DNA of 64,000 nucleotides from Squalus acanthias (Eukaryota): positions 15,130,001-15,194,000 of the forward strand of contig CM059432.1 in assembly GCA_030390025.1 (NCBI GenBank), written 5' to 3'. The notes beneath the pieces are model-generated. The model had not been told where the DNA came from, did not search any database, and saw nothing but the letters and a program-made list of their open reading frames with translations. A program made the translations under genes and the position numbers. Positions 63,026 through 64,000 of this stretch are shown here, in pieces (the stretch's first letter is position 1; each line of letters starts with the position of its first letter).

Positions 63026-64000
63026 CTCAGCAGGAAACATGCGGGAAAAAGTAAAAAATCCCCCTCCGCATACAGCCCAGGAAGGTTGCAGGTTTGATCC
63101 TTGATCTACATTGACTTAACTGTCCTCAGATGGAGCACCTTTTGGGATGCTACAGTTGACCTCACCTTTCCTGGGTTAGGTAGGGGAAAAATTGCCTGTA
63201 TTCCCTTTTCAGACCTGATCCAATGACCCCCTACCAGAAGTACACAGGTGGACGGACATCAGGCAAAGATGGGTTTGGACTTGGCTATGATGCCCCCTGC
63301 AGCCAAACAGCCTGCCAACACGCACTGTTAAAACATCCCATTTAATAATTGGCACTTGGTTGAGATCTACGGTGTCGATTGAACTATATCCCCACAACGA
63401 GTCAATGTTTTCAGGAGAGGAGGGGGGACAATTGGCAAGAAAGAAAAATGCCTTGAAGTAAAACAAAGAGTTTAATCAGTGTGCTTTCTGATTAGCTACC
63501 AACAATTTCCATCCTAATGACCGGCGGTCATACTGTGATTGCTAATTACCATGGAAATCACAGCTACCCAATCAGAACATGTGCTAATACACAAATTTAA
63601 GATGTCAGAAAAGAGCATCATTAGAAAAATGCTTTAAAAGTTGGTTGCCAATTGCTGTGGGATTGATTTTTAAACTCACTCAAATCACATTCTCAGTCTG
63701 AAAAACTGTCTCCTAAACTTTAAGCAGAAGACATGAATGGAGATTAGAAAGGAACACCTGATGCAGTTCAAAACCTTGCTGCCTTTGTGCAATTATGGGC
63801 ATCTTTTATAATTTTTCCATGAGTAGTAAATCTCTCCTTAATATCATAGAACATTCAATACCCAAGACAATAGAGATCCCATCGACAATACACACACACA
63901 CACTCCCTCCCCCCCCAGCCCCCAGAAGAACTGAGCCCCAATACATGCACACCCGTCAGGAGAACTGAACTTCCACGCATGCGTTTGCACACACAGAAAA

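Overview
Vertebrate genomic DNA, very likely a shark or other cartilaginous fish judging by its repeats (HE1/V-SINE-like and Deu-SINE-like SINEs, CR1 and L2 LINEs, Penelope-like ends). The window is almost entirely intronic and lies inside a minus-strand type IIB (MAM-Ig-FN3) receptor protein tyrosine phosphatase gene of the PTPRM/PTPRT type. Three coding exons splice in frame: 58422-58500 (79 nt, end of the MAM domain), 22331-22446 (116 nt) and 15007-15181 (175 nt), the last two encoding the Ig domain. The supplied ORF track misses the first two. Much of the remainder is transposable element debris: several CR1-clade LINE families (one with ORF1 esterase, endonuclease and RT), L2 3' ends, SINEs, Penelope-like ends with minimal hammerhead ribozyme motifs, pogo-type and Harbinger-type MITEs, and decayed Harbinger Myb/SANT genes. 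Most notable: (1) the peptide looks about equidistant from PTPRM and PTPRT and may be a separate paralog; (2) a partial exon duplicate has lost exactly its splice acceptor; (3) a local inverted duplication shows strand-biased A/G differences; (4) an intact minimal hammerhead lies on the pre-mRNA strand. Repeat boundaries were read by eye and are approximate unless stated; family names come from recalled motifs, not from searches.
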